A stretch of 64,000 nucleotides of DNA from Haliotis cracherodii. Taxonomy: Eukaryota. Below, one piece after another: positions 11,045 to 22,993 of the stretch (positions are counted from its first letter, which is position 1; each line of letters opens with the position of its first letter). Made by a program: the position numbers and the translations under genes. Below the pieces are notes generated by a model, which did no database searches, was not told the DNA's origin, and saw nothing but the letters and a program-made list of their open reading frames with translations. Where the stretch lies: assembly GCF_022045235.1 (NCBI RefSeq), contig NW_027266268.1:7502001-7566000 (forward strand), in the 5' to 3' direction.

Positions 11045-13137
11045 ACTATAGTATGGGACTACGTTGGGGCCATGCACTACATCACCAATGTATGGGACAA
11101 TGTTGGGGCCATGTATTATACCATCCCTGTTTGGGACAATATCGGGGTCATAAAGTACATCACCAATGTATGGGGCAATATTGGGGTCATGTATTAAATC
11201 AACACTGTATGGAACAATGTTGGGGCCATGTATTATATCATTCCTGTTTGGGACAATGTTTGGGCTATGTAGTACGTCTCCACTATATGAGAGAGTGCTG
11301 GGTCCATGTCATAAGCCCCCACTGTATGGGACAATGTTGAGCCATGTAGTACGTCCCAACTGTATGGGACAATGTTGGGACCAAGAAGTACATCACCAAT
11401 GTATTGGATAATGTTGGGACCATATACTTCTCACCAGTGTATGGGACAATGTTGGGGCCATGTAGTACATCCCCGGTGTATGGGATGATGCTGGGGCCAT
11501 GTAGCACATCCCGAGTGTATGAGATATTGTTAGGGCCATGTAGTACATCCCGAGTGTATGGGACAGTGCTGGGGCCATGTCGTACGTCCCCAGAGTATGG
11601 GACAATGTTGGGGCCATGTAGAACATCCCCAGTGTATGGGACAGTGCTGGGGCCATGAAGTACATCCCCAGTGTATGGGACAATGTTGGGGCCATGTAGT
11701 ACATCCCCAGTGTATGGGACCATGTTGGAGCAATGAAGAACATCCCCAGTGTATGGGACAATGTTGGAGCCATGAAGTACATCCCCAGTGTATGGGATAT
11801 TGTTGGAGCCATGAAGTACATACCCAGTGTATGAGATAGTGTTAGGCCATGTAGTACATCCCCAGTGTATGGGATATTGTTAGGGCCATGAAGTACATCC
11901 CCAGTGTATGGGACAGTGCTGGGGCCATGTCATACGTCCCCAGAGTATGGGACAATGATGGGGCCATGAAGTACATCCCCAGTTTATAGGACAATGTTAG
12001 GGCCATGTAGTACATCCCCAGTGCATGGGACAATGTTGTGGCCATGAAGTACATCCCCAGTGTATGGGACAATGTTGGGGCCATGTAGTACATCCCCAGT
12101 GCATGGGACAATGTTGGGGCCATGAAGTACATCCCCAGTGTATGGGACAATGTTGAGGCAATGTAGTACATCCCCAGAGTATGGGATAATGATGGGGCTA
12201 TGAAGTACATCCCCAGTGTATGGGACGATGTTTGGGTCATGTAGTACGTCCCCAGTGCATGGGACAATGTTGGGGCCATGTAGCACATCCCCAGTGTATG
12301 GGACAGTGTCGGGGCCATGTCGTACGTCCCCAGAGTATTGGACAATGTTGGGGCCATAAAGTACATCCCCAGTGTATTGGACAGTGCTGGGGCCATGTCG
12401 TACGTCCCCAGAGTATGGGACAATGTTGAGCCATGTAGTACGTCCCAACTGTATGGGACAATGTTGGGCCCTGAAGTACATCACCACTGTTTGGGACAAT
12501 GTTGGGACCAAGAAGTACATCACCAATGTATTGGACAATGTTGGGACCATATACTTCTCCCCAGTGTATGGCACAATGTTGGGGCCATGAAGTACGCCCC
12601 AACTGTATGGAACAATGTTGAGGCCATATCATACGCCCCCACTGTATGGAACAATGTTGGGGCCATGTAATACGCCCCCTCTGTATGGGACAATGTTGGG
12701 GCCATGTAGTACATCCCCAGAGTATGGGACAATGTTTGGGCCATGTAGTACATCCCGAGTGTATGGGACAATGTTTGGGCCATGTAGAACATCCCCAGTG
12801 TATGGGACAATGTTTGGGCCATGTAGTACATCCCGAGTGTATGGGACAATGTTTGGGCCATGTAGTACATCCCCAGTGTATGGGACAATGTTGGGGCCAT
12901 GAAGTACATCCCGAGTGTATGGGACAATGTTTGGGCCATGTAGTACATCCCCAGTGTATGGGACAATGTTGAGGCCATGAAGTACATCCCCAGTGTATGG
13001 GACAATGTTGAGGCCATGAAGTACATCCCCAGTGTATGGGACAATGTTGGGGTCATGTAGTACATCCCCAGTGTATGGGACAATGTTGGGGTCATGTAGT
13101 ACATCCCCAGTGTACGGGATGATGTTGGGGCCAAGTA
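11045..13137. repeat. 39-bp minisatellite (CCCCAGTGTATGGGACAATGTTGGGGCCATGTAGTACAT), ~53 copies
   Basis: Tandem repetition; explains the 13-aa periodic ORFs on both strands. Confidence 0.95.
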
Positions 13138-13249
13138 CTACATTGGTCGAAGCCCATTTCTGATGGTCCCCAAAAGGATATTTATAGAACAATGCTAAAA
13201 CCCAAATCATTCACTCAAACTTTTCATATGAAATCGTGGTTTTAAGCTC

Positions 13250-13330
13250 CGAATGAGCTTCACACCTTTACCCCCGTTGGAAATCGAAACTGGTTCTTCA
13301 ACAAACACTTCAACCACTGGGCTACCCATC
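13250..13330 (-). mobile_element. SINE family C fragment
   Basis: GCTTCACAC...GGAAATCGAAACT...AACCACTGGGCTACCC. Confidence 0.5.
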
Positions 13331-13385
13331 CCCTCTTTGGTCTATACATCCAAACAACATTCATACTGAAGTGGCGATAAATCTA

Positions 13386-13617
13386 CACTGCCGGACAAAA
13401 GAAAGTGTACACCCTTGTTTGTTGGTGGCTAAGAACAAACGAAACAAAAACTGGTTATTCGATTGTGATGTATTTGATGCGTGTATCATAGTTGTGTTTT
13501 TAAACTGACGTTTTCAGTGTTTCGGCGACTGTTTTCACCCTGTTAACGTTTGATAACGTTTGTTATTTTTTTGGTCAAATCCAATTTTCAAGTGTATATT
13601 TTCTTTTGCCCGTCTGT
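13386..13617 (+). mobile_element. Tc1-type MITE (~230 bp), copy 1
   Basis: TA-flanked imperfect TIRs CACTGCCGGACAAAAGAAAGTGTACAC; homologues at 18342, 54680, 61746. Confidence 0.8.
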
Positions 13618-14954
13618 TAAGCTTTTGGCAGTAAAGGTATTATAGTCCTACCAGATATGCACCTCCTTGTGCAAAGATTAAGAATATGTCAGACAAGGTT
13701 CCGTGGTTCTGCGATTAAGCAATGTGTCAGACCAGGCCTAAAATATGTCATTTCCACATCATTGCACCCCGACACCGGATCCTAATCTACCATAGAAAAT
13801 TAACTTTTTCACTTTAGTGTCGCTTTTTAATTTTCCCATTTGTAAATAACGCATCCTTGTTAATTGAAATGCCATATCGCACGGCACACGTGATCGACTA
13901 AGCAGGAGAGACATTATTTCCCACCAGCCCGCCCGTCAGCTGGAGAATTTATTGTGACAAGTGCCGCGCATGTTATTGGCTGGCTTGACTTCAATCTTTC
14001 CGCTTGACTGACGCAATACCGACTCAGTAATCACAGCCACATCAGCCTCCGAGATGGTAGAACGTACATGGGGTGTATATCTTTACAACATTTTCACAGT
14101 GAGGGGTCTTGTTCCACCAACATCCCAAGATGAAGTATGAAACAAGCATCAAAAACAGATGTTTCCAATTGATCACATTCAACCCTCATTCCTTTGACAA
14201 AGGATAACTTCTGAAGACAATCGAAGACAAAAAAGTGAAAGTGTCGCCCAAAATCACGTTGTACCTATCAAAGGCAGTCGCTTAAAACATTGACCATTAT
14301 TTTCGATTATTTGAAATTTATATAACCGTGCTTAAATTATCTAGCGCCTTTTGAAGCACCTCCCAGTAGACCTATAAACTTCCCCAACATCTCTGACTGC
14401 AAAGTAACGAGTGTTCCAAGCACTAAGTAATGGGATTTGAAAGATTCAGGCACGGCGTTTCGTTGCTTGTTGTCTTCTCCGAGGTCCGCGTACTTCGGAT
14501 GATGTATATTTCTGCCAATCATAATGGTGATAAATTTGGTCGTTTTATCGGCGACGTGGTAAGATAATATCATCACTGGTTATGCGATAAAATATATTGA
14601 CTTTTAATGGCTACATTATTCAGATTGTGTGTATTACAAAATATGTAACAGACACAATGTATGTTTTGTAACAGAGGCATTTAATACTAAAAACAGAATT
14701 CACAACCGAGGACGGTCAAATAAGCAGGGGGTAAAGTGTTGAGTGCTGATCTTCCTCAGGGGGCAGGGATCATCCTCGGGGATGCAGGGTGGTAATAAAC
14801 AGATTCAACTCATTTCATCTGAGACAAAATATAATATTGGAACCTTAACTATATCACATAATGATTAAGGGACCGATCATTTTTCGGATCGTTCCCCAGT
14901 GAGTGAACAGAAATTATGACATCCACAAACTTTGACTTTGGTGACCTTCAATGA

Positions 14955-15350
14955 GGCCAGTTGTATAGTATATATCCATGTGTTTATGACAGTTATATAG
15001 TATAAATTAGTGACAATTATACAGTATTCATAAGTGAAAATTATTTTTAGTGACAATTTACTTGTACGTATTAGTGACTACTGTATGGCATAAATATATT
15101 AATGGCAGTTGTGCATAATTATTATTGACAGATGTATTCTTAATATTAGTGACATTTATATAGTATGTTTTCTGACAGTTGTATATCGTATTTATTACTT
15201 ACAATTGTATAGCATATATGTATGAAATTGTATGGTATATATTGCTGTTCATTGTACAGTATATATCATTTATAATTGTATTATGTTTATTTATGACAAT
15301 AGTATAATATATACTCGTGACATTTGTACAGCATTGATTAATGACAAGTG
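14955..15350. repeat. Old degenerate ~24-bp AT-rich minisatellite (TGACAATTGTATAGTATATATTAG-like)
   Basis: Recurring TGACARTTGTA...TAT modules. Confidence 0.6.
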
Positions 15351-16689
15351 TTTCTTATTTGTTAGCAAGACCACGGACCTATATACCTATATATACAAGT
15401 CCATGGCAAGAGCTACTACAAAATATTTTGTTACTTATTTAGTGAGATAGCACAGCTATACTTACNNNNNNNNNNNNNNNNNNNNNNNNNNNNNNNNNNN
15501 NNNNNNNNNNNNNNNNNNNNNNNNNNNNNNNNNNNNNNNNNNNNNNNNNNNNNNNNNNNNNNNNNNNNNNNNNNNNNNNNNNNNNNNNNNNNNNNNNNNN
15601 NNNNNNNNNNNNNNNNTGTACACCGCATCTCTGATACGGCTGAAAGTGGTGAAGACACAATAAATTCACTCTCTCAGTATCAAAGGTCGTAAATACATAT
15701 ATACCTGTATGTATAAATCATGTTCTACATGTGTAGATGGTTCGTTTGACGCCGTGTGTCTTTGTCCGGAGGGAACAAACGGCGGTTGCCAGTCGACACA
15801 ACTCTAGTCGGAACACGACACAACGTGTAAATGTCTGTATGAATGCGACTGTTGCCTGACATACACAGCAAATGTTATCATCAGCGCTCTGTCGCTTATC
15901 GGGAAATTGCGCCGTGGGGTATAAAATCTAGTGACATGATCTCATATCTCGTAATTACGTGTGCAGTCTCGTTTCGTAATTCACGTTACAAATGTAATTG
16001 TGTTGAATAATACCCAATAAAGCGACGCGAGGATTCCCGATAACTTCGACTTCTTGACAGATTCAGCTAAATTGAAAAGTTACATAACCAACTGGAATGT
16101 TGTTATCTCCGTATTGACGACGAGAGTGATGTGTATGTAACGCTTCAGTCCGCAGCTGAGACACTGAGTGGATTTTTAACCCGTTCATTAATTACAAGCC
16201 TTAATCACCCATTTCTTTCCAATCTAACCCTTATTTTACATTCATTATTTTTGCAATACCTAAAATTTCGTTTTTCTTAAAACGCAGTCTTCATCTTTCA
16301 TCTGTGAAGCATTTGTCAAGTAATTGTTTTAGATAAGCCTAACGGAATAATAAAATGTTTTTAAAAGTTTGAGTGCTCACAGTTTCGATAAGACTTCGCT
16401 TTTGTATATTTCCGTGATAATTATATGCCTTTTTTTCAAGGGCCGGAGGTAACCAGTGTCACGTGACCCCACTCTTCGATAGTTGTGCCTGAAGGAAGTC
16501 AAATCATCATAAAAATTTGTCATAGGCAATCAAATAATAATAAAATCATGATCATTTCTTAAAATTGTTTGTAATTGGCTTCATTTTCCATAGTGTTTTG
16601 GTGTATTCAGGTTTCAATGTAAAACTCATGTTACGGTTGCTAAAAGAGTTGAATTGAATATCAGAGGTGAGCTGGGAGAACGCCGCTTT

Positions 16690-16778
16690 GGAAACGTGGG
16701 TGTACAATGGCGGGAATAGAGCCCTGGTCTTTGGGTTGACGAGCGAATGCTTTAACCACCGGCTACCGGGTCGCCCCT
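16690..16778 (-). mobile_element. SINE family C fragment
   Basis: GACGAGCGAATGCTTTAACCAC-CGGCTACCGGGTCGCCCC = rc of family C head. Confidence 0.55.
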
Positions 16779-16834
16779 GTACCTGACACTTTATTTCAGT
16801 TATATCACGGTGTGTAGGGTTAAAAAGGGCTAGG

Positions 16835-17100
16835 TGTAAACATCGTTAATGTTTGGAAATTTAGAAGCAAGCTCTTTTAGACTGCGAGGTTAACTTACAA
16901 CTTGAACCTTGGATTAGGTTATGTGGAACGGGTCGCTTTGATAAGTATTCGCGCACACAGCCAGAGAAAGAGAGAGAGAGAGACAGAGAAACACGCACAG
17001 ACACATTCGCATGCACGCACGCACGCACGCACACGCTTACACACACATTGTTTATGGGAATCCTTCTCACGCGACGCGTCAACTGACCATTCCCACAAGT
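16835..17100 (+). mobile_element. Unclassified interspersed repeat family E carrying a (GA)n microsatellite
   Basis: ~130-bp arm GTGTAAACATCG...GATAAGTATTCGC is homologous to the rc of 53650-53776; both adjoin (GA)n. Confidence 0.75.
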
Positions 17101-17465
17101 CACTACGGGATTTTTATATAGGTGGGGAGGGTGCTGTGATTTGTGTTTCCGTCTCGGCTTCAAGACCTAACTTGTTTTCTCTAAAAGGATCAAAACATTT
17201 TATTTGGGTTTAAAATTTGAGTTTAAATTATTCATTTTAAGTATTTCCTGGACTGGAACTGGTCTCTGTGGAGCATGTAGTCCCCTTTAGAGAAGCTCAG
17301 ATAACTAAACAGTAGACACAATTATATTTACCAATAGTTTCATTTTAAAGACCGCAAGTGTGGCGTCCATACCCACAATTAGCTGTGCACATCCTTGTGT
17401 CTGTCACGCAGAAAACGCGCCTGACTAGTATCTCCCGGATATGCCGTCAAAAAATGTTGTTTATG

Positions 17466-18074
17466 CAATCTCATTAAAATCTGATCTTAGTTCTCGCTAT
17501 CGCTAATCAAAGATCTGAGGACATCCCATTATGGGTCACGTCAGAGCGACCTTTCATCCGACCAATCAGAGCGTCGCTTACCAGATCGCGAGAGTGACAG
17601 TCGGAATGTGTTTTCTGATCATGCAACCTCGAAAACGTTAACACGGGGTATTCCGAACGACAGTTACAGCCCGTACGTCTGATTCCGTCAAAATTATCGT
17701 CTATCTCTCACTTCCGTGGAATAATCATTTGAACGGAGGAGGCGTTACACAGTACGTGGAAAGCACTGCCATACAAACTCAACCATATATATAAGACAAT
17801 CTGGAATGTTCGTTTGTTCAGTTTTCAAAATTTTAATCGAGAACTGTGTCAACATATTTTTCAAGCGTAGTCTGAAATGGAACTCGCCAGGTTGAAACGA
17901 GTGCCGTAAAGCTCGAGAAAGCTGCTTTCTAATTGGCTGATGTCGAGTTCTTGTTGGTCATTTCAGTGGTCAGTCAAAGTTCGCGAAAGGTCGTTCTGAC
18001 GTGACCCGTAATGGGATGTCCTCAGATCTTTGTTTAGCAGCAGCGAGAACTTAGATCTGATTTGAATGAGATTG
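17466..18074. mobile_element. Long-TIR non-autonomous DNA transposon (MULE-like), 10-bp TSD
   Basis: ~84-bp TIRs CAATCTCATT...GGGTCACGTCAGARCGACCTTTC; TSD GTTGTTTATG at 17456-17465 and 18075-18084. Confidence 0.85.
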
Positions 18075-18193
18075 GTTGTTTATGTATTCTGTTGCCTTAG
18101 AGATCCATTAAAAGTACAACAGCGTAAAACGTGTTGGAACTAATATGACTCAACGTTGTGTGGACATACGGAGATAGTTCATGCTATTGGGAA

Positions 18194-18330
18194 TGAGTGT
18201 GTGTGGTTTTATGCCCTTTTAGCCAATGAATGATATATGTATCCAGCATGGGGACGCCAAGTAAAGGCACCAGACACTGTACTCGCCAAGGGAATTGAAC
18301 CCGGGCCATGGGCGTGACGGGCTAACGTAC
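18194..18330 (-). mobile_element. SINE family C, degenerate
   Basis: GGAATTGAACCCGGG...GGCGTGACG; tail TGGTTTTATGCC. Confidence 0.55.
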
Positions 18331-18341
18331 TTTAGCATATA

Positions 18342-18569
18342 CACTGCCGAGCAAAAGAAAGTACACACGCATGTTTGATGATGGCTACAAATAAAACAAA
18401 CACGGAATGGTTTTCGATGGTGATGTATTTGATGCGTGTATCGTAGTTGTGTTTCTGACCTTATGTTTGCAGACTTTTGGCGACGGTTTTAAGACTCATA
18501 AGGTCTTGATAACATGTGTACTGTTTAAGTCAAATCCAGTTTTAAATCATACACTTTCTATTGCCAGTT
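18342..18569 (+). mobile_element. Tc1-type MITE, copy 2
   Basis: TA|CACTGCCGAGCAAAAGAAAG; internal GTGATGTATTTGATGCGTGTATC identical to copy 1. Confidence 0.8.
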
Positions 18570-18587
18570 AATTTACACACTATTAGT

Positions 18588-18823
18588 TTGCTTGTTTTGT
18601 TTGTTTTCACTCAGAAATAGTCCAGCTATATGACGGCGGTCTGTAAATAATCGAGACTGGACCAGACAATCCAGTGATTAATCCAGTGCATCGATCCACG
18701 CAATTCGGATACGATGACATGCATTAACAAAGTCAGCAAGCCTGACCACCCGATGCCGTTAGTTGCCTCTTATGACAAGCATGGGTTGCTGAAGACCTAT
18801 TCTACCCCGGATCTTCACGGGTC
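18588..18823 (-). mobile_element. SINE-like family A, full length, degenerate 13-bp TSD
   Basis: TSD ACACACTATTAGT (18575-18587) / ACATACTATAAGT (18824-18836); starts GACCCGTGAAG. Confidence 0.9.
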
Positions 18824-18899
18824 ACATACTATAAGTAATAGGTTTTGAGAATACTGGAATAATATGAATATCCCAATCAAAAGTTAAATAGTATAGGTT

Positions 18900-19421
18900 T
18901 CAGGATACCTCATTACAATATATGAAACCGAATCCTGTCAACAACAACTGTTCAAACTTGACTAGTCTTCCGCGGATTAACTGTGCGCCATCCCGACAGC
19001 TATACACATACACGAACCACGAACAACACACGGCAGCTGTATATATAAATGTCCCACACATTCCCTGCCCTACACGGACATCAAACTTATTAAACTCGGC
19101 ATTCTGCTCAGCACTTAAAGGGGTATTGACAGCTACGAGTAGACGCTGGAGGGCTTTAAGGTACGTTTCCTGTTCTTGTGTGCAGGCCCCGGTACTATTG
19201 TCTAAACATAAACACAAAACATCAGCCCGCAGCAAATCAATGTCACACTTCGGACATACGTCTACATATAAATCACAACAAAAGCTGTCATAGCCGCTGT
19301 CAATCAAAGTGTTTATTTCAGCACCCGCGTTCCGGATGAGTAGGAGATTTGCCTTAATAAGATGGTTGCTACTGTAGGAGCTGAGTGGTAGTTTTGTGCA
19401 GTTTCGTTTACATTCATAGCC
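18900..19421 (-). other. Unexplained 173-aa Cys-rich open reading frame
   Basis: Stop-free from 19421 to TGA at 18900-18902; not a tandem repeat; no recognisable family. Confidence 0.25.
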
Positions 19422-19856
19422 CTAGGAGTTGACAGAGGCAAATGCCATTAGTACAAAAATGGCTTTTATATTCGAATAAGTGTTGGAACTGATCTGGTCC
19501 AATCAGTTTTCAAAGGAACGCATACCTGAATGACATTAATATAAGGCTGATATTCACACTAGAAGAACACATTGCCTGAACTGTGTATTAGAGAACCGAA
19601 TTTGTGTTTGTGACTGTGGTTATCCTGTTATAACCATGGCAGTTTTACTATAGCCACATTAAAAATCAGGTGTTCTTTAACTTCCTGTGAGTGATATATA
19701 TTTGTATAAGTATGTTTGTAACGCCAGTGGTCTGAGAATGGCATATGTCGCTGTGGATTATTAAAATCCGTCATTAATATTTGGAATCAAGTGACACTTT
19801 GTTTATGGTGTTCCCGACACAGAATCAAATCATCATGGATTCGCCCTGATTAAATG

Positions 19857-20354
19857 TTGGACTCGTCTAGACCAGAGCGCCTTGATAATGAATCTACTTG
19901 TTTAGACCAGAGCGCATGGGTAATGAATCTGGACTCGTCAAGATCAGAGCGCCTTGATAATGAATCTGGACTCATCTAGACCAGAGCGCCTTGATAATGA
20001 ATCTGGACTCATCTAGACCAGAGCGCCTTGATAATGAATCTGGACTCGTCTAGACCAGAGCGCCTGGGTAATGATTCTGGACTCGTCAAGACCAGAGCGC
20101 CTGGGTTATGATTCTGGACTCGTCTAGACCAGAGCGCCTGGGTTCTGATTTTGGACTCGTCTAGACCAGAGCGCCTTGGTTATGACTCTGGACTCGTCTA
20201 GACCAGAACGCCTGGGTTATGATTCTGGACTCGTCTAGACCAGAACGCCTGTGTAATGATTTTGGACTCGTCTAGACCAGAGCGCCTGGGTAATGAATCT
20301 GGACTCGTCTAGACCAGAGCGCCTGGGTAATGATTCTGGACTCGTATAGACCAG
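19857..20354. repeat. 37-38-bp minisatellite (CTGGACTCGTCTAGACCAGAGCGCCTGGGTAATGAWT), ~13 copies
   Basis: Tandem repetition. Confidence 0.95.
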
Positions 20355-20450
20355 GGTTCGCCAGTTTGTGAAGCATTTTTCAAAGCAACTCACTCACTCA
20401 CTCAATCCTAGTGAGGACATCTGGACGTTTCAATATCCATTACGTGTTTT

Positions 20451-20712
20451 GTCCCGTGAAAATACGGGGAAGAATAGGCCTTCAGCAACCCATGCTTGCC
20501 GTAAAAGGCGACTATGATTGTCGTAGGAGGCGACTAACGGCATCGGGTGGTCAATCTCGCTGACTTGGTAGATGCATGTCATCGTATCCCAATTGCGTGG
20601 ATCGATGCTCATGATATCCATCACTGGATTGTCTGGTCCAGACTCAATTATTTACAGACCGCCGTCATATAGCTGGAATATTGCTGAGTGCGGCGTTAAA
20701 CAACAAACAAAC
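20451..20712 (+). mobile_element. SINE-like family A, full length, double-hairpin leader
   Basis: GTCCCGTGAAAAT...GCGGCGTTAAACAACAAACAAAC. Confidence 0.9.
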
Positions 20713-22180
20713 ATGAATACCCGGACGATGACAATCAGCTGCAGCGGGGATCCCGTCTCTTTCGTTGGTCTCGATGCTACTTCCTCTTCTCTGACCATGC
20801 TTTGTTTCATTGGTATTCAGACGGTTTCAATTTGTGTGATTCCCAACCTTAAGCTCTCCGTCAATCTTGCCCCCAGTAGGACTAATTAATCATCCTGGGT
20901 TCGGTGGTATTGAAATAAAGGTGGAGACTTCTAATCACACAATCTGTAGACCGAATTGCTACAACCAGCTACTGGCATTGAAAAATGATGCCGAGCCGTC
21001 CCGTTTAGCCCCGGGTCTGATTCTGTGATGACCTTTGACACAACATGGCGACCCCGACACACAAAGGCTTCTTGTTGCGAGAGCGTACCAAGGGAGATAA
21101 TTGGCCCTGCAATAGCGCTAGTGACAGAGCAAAAATGCGGAACCTGTTAATCAGTTATGGTCGCTACACGACTAATGAGCTTAGTTATTTGTTATAGTCA
21201 TGACACGAGACAGTGGACAGACGGCGCCACCTCTCGTGGGTAATTCCATGCGATAGGTATACACGCTACTGACGATAAGGTGACGCCATTATTGTGGAAC
21301 TGAACGAGTGAATTAGGCGATGACAATTAGTCATTCCTTTCCTCAGTGACAGCCAGATAAAGACAGGCAGATTAAGGTATCTCCAGCTGGCTCAAGAGAA
21401 AATTGCTTACTTAAAGATTTTCTCATTTGATAGTACGAGATGGTCCATCCACCGCATGCCTGCATTTTCTCATCGTTGATATCGACACGCGTACAAGGCA
21501 CAGGGTAGAATGTGATTGACCTTTCTGAAATCATCATTATGTTTTATACATATATGAAATAACGAAACAACGCGAGTTCTCATTAGATCCTAAGCATGGC
21601 GCTCGAGGCTTTAGTCCCCGCCACTTGAAATAGAATCTCGACATAGCGCGATGATTACTTCACGGGGACACCTGTATGTGTGCTAATACTTGTGAAGTGA
21701 AAACAAGCCATTCCGCAGATAAGGTATATTACTTACATTAACGACAAAAATGGCAAAGTGCGTTTTTCAAGAAATGACCATTTTCTTAGCGATAAACATC
21801 ATCATTGAGTCTTGACCACGTGATCAGGTGACTTCTAGNNNNNNNNNNNNNNNNNNNNNNNNNNNNNNNNNNNNNNNNNNNNNNNNNNNNNNNNNNNNNN
21901 NNNNNNNNNNNNNNNNNNNNNNNNNNNNNNNNNNNNNNNNNNNNNNNNNNNNNNNNNNNNNNNNNNCCAAGGTAAGTCAAGATCAAACTAAACTATAAAC
22001 TATTTTCCTTGATTCCACATATGAAAACAGCAGAAGAGGAAATGTTCTTTAGAAGAAAAAAATAATATTTTTGAAGAAATGTTTTCATTTACTAAGTGTT
22101 TGTCTAGGTCACTGCGAGAGGCTTTATTTAGCAGCGCGAGCCGCGTACGTTCGTTGCAAGCACGTACTGAAAGAAAAAAA

Positions 22181-22272
22181 TGCTCAATAACTGGATTGTC
22201 TGGTGCAGACCGCCGTCATATAGTTGGAATATTTTTTAGTGCGGCGTTAAACAACAAACTACAAACAAACAA
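22181..22272 (+). mobile_element. Family A 3' fragment
   Basis: CTGGATTGTCTGG...CCGCCGTCATATAG...GCGGCGTTAAACAAC. Confidence 0.75.
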
Positions 22273-22368
22273 AACGTGGGAAGAAATAGTATGACTCGGA
22301 AACGATAAATAAACACACAGAACTAAGGGTACAAGGAAAGACGAGTAGATAAACATAAAAAAAAAAAA

Positions 22369-22547
22369 GTGTGTGAGTGAGTAAGTGAGTAAGTATGGTT
22401 TAAAGCCGCTTTTAGCAGTATTCCAGCAATATCACGGCGGGGGACACCAGAAATAGGCTTCACACATTGTACCCATGTCGGGAATCGAACTCGGGTCTTC
22501 GGCGTGACGAGCGAACGCTTTAACCAGGAGGCTACCCGACCGCCCCC
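22369..22547 (-). mobile_element. tRNA(Asp)-like SINE family C, full length
   Basis: rc GGGGCGGTCGGGTAGCCT..TGGTTAAAGCGTTCGCTCGTCACGCCGAAGACCCGAGTTCGATTCCC; short body; (ACTC/ACTT)n tail. Confidence 0.9.
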
Positions 22548-22644
22548 ATAACAAATAGAACAATAAATGGCATAAGGACAAATGAAAAAGTATAAGAATA
22601 TGTGGAAACGCGCAGTAAAACATTACGACGCATAAGGAACAGAT

Positions 22645-22899
22645 GTTTCTTTGTTGTGTGACGCCTCACTCAGCACTATTCCAGCTACATGACGGCGGTC
22701 TGTAAATAATCGAGTCTGGACCAGAATTTTTGACAATTTTGATCCAATTGTTGACATCATGAGCATCGATCTACGCAATTGGATGGAATACGATGACATG
22801 CATCGAAACACGTCAGCGAGGCTCTTACGACAAGAATAGTCGCCTGTTACGTAAATATGGGTTGCTTAAGACCTATTTTAACCGTGATGCATGCAGGTC
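22645..22899 (-). mobile_element. SINE-like family A
   Basis: Colinear with family A, internal deletion. Confidence 0.8.
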
Positions 22900-22901
22900 G
22901 T

Positions 22902-22993
22902 AGACGTTTACCACTTTGGTAAAACTAGGGCAAACTAAGAAACCTAATCAGGGAACCGGGATTCGAACCCACAATCATAGGTCTCTGGCACGC
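22902..22993 (-). mobile_element. SINE family B fragment
   Basis: GACGTTTACCACTTTGGT...GGATTCGAACCCACAATCATAGG. Confidence 0.7.

Noticed and set aside
10874-13210. Many overlapping ORFs up to ~200 aa
   Set aside because: Products of a 39-bp tandem repeat open in several frames on both strands; the same applies to ORFs at 26.0-26.9, 29.1-29.9, 36.6-37.0, 37.7-38.9 and 43.0-43.7 kb.
15440-15675. Minus-strand splice donor (GTAAGT) exactly at a gap edge, suggesting a hidden exon
   Set aside because: Both flanks resemble SINE 3' sequence (AGTGAGATAGCAC before; tail-like GCTGAAAGTGGTG...CACTCTC after), so the gap more likely lies inside a repeat.
19592-19606. AGAACCGAATTTGTG, identical to the 3' part of miR-10-family mature sequence
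   Set aside because: The seed (ACCCTGT) is absent and there is no complementary star arm nearby.
22470-22547. tRNA-Asp(GUC)-like sequence (also in other family C copies)
   Set aside because: Always fused to the same body and tail, and the acceptor stem is not formed: a SINE head, not a tRNA gene.
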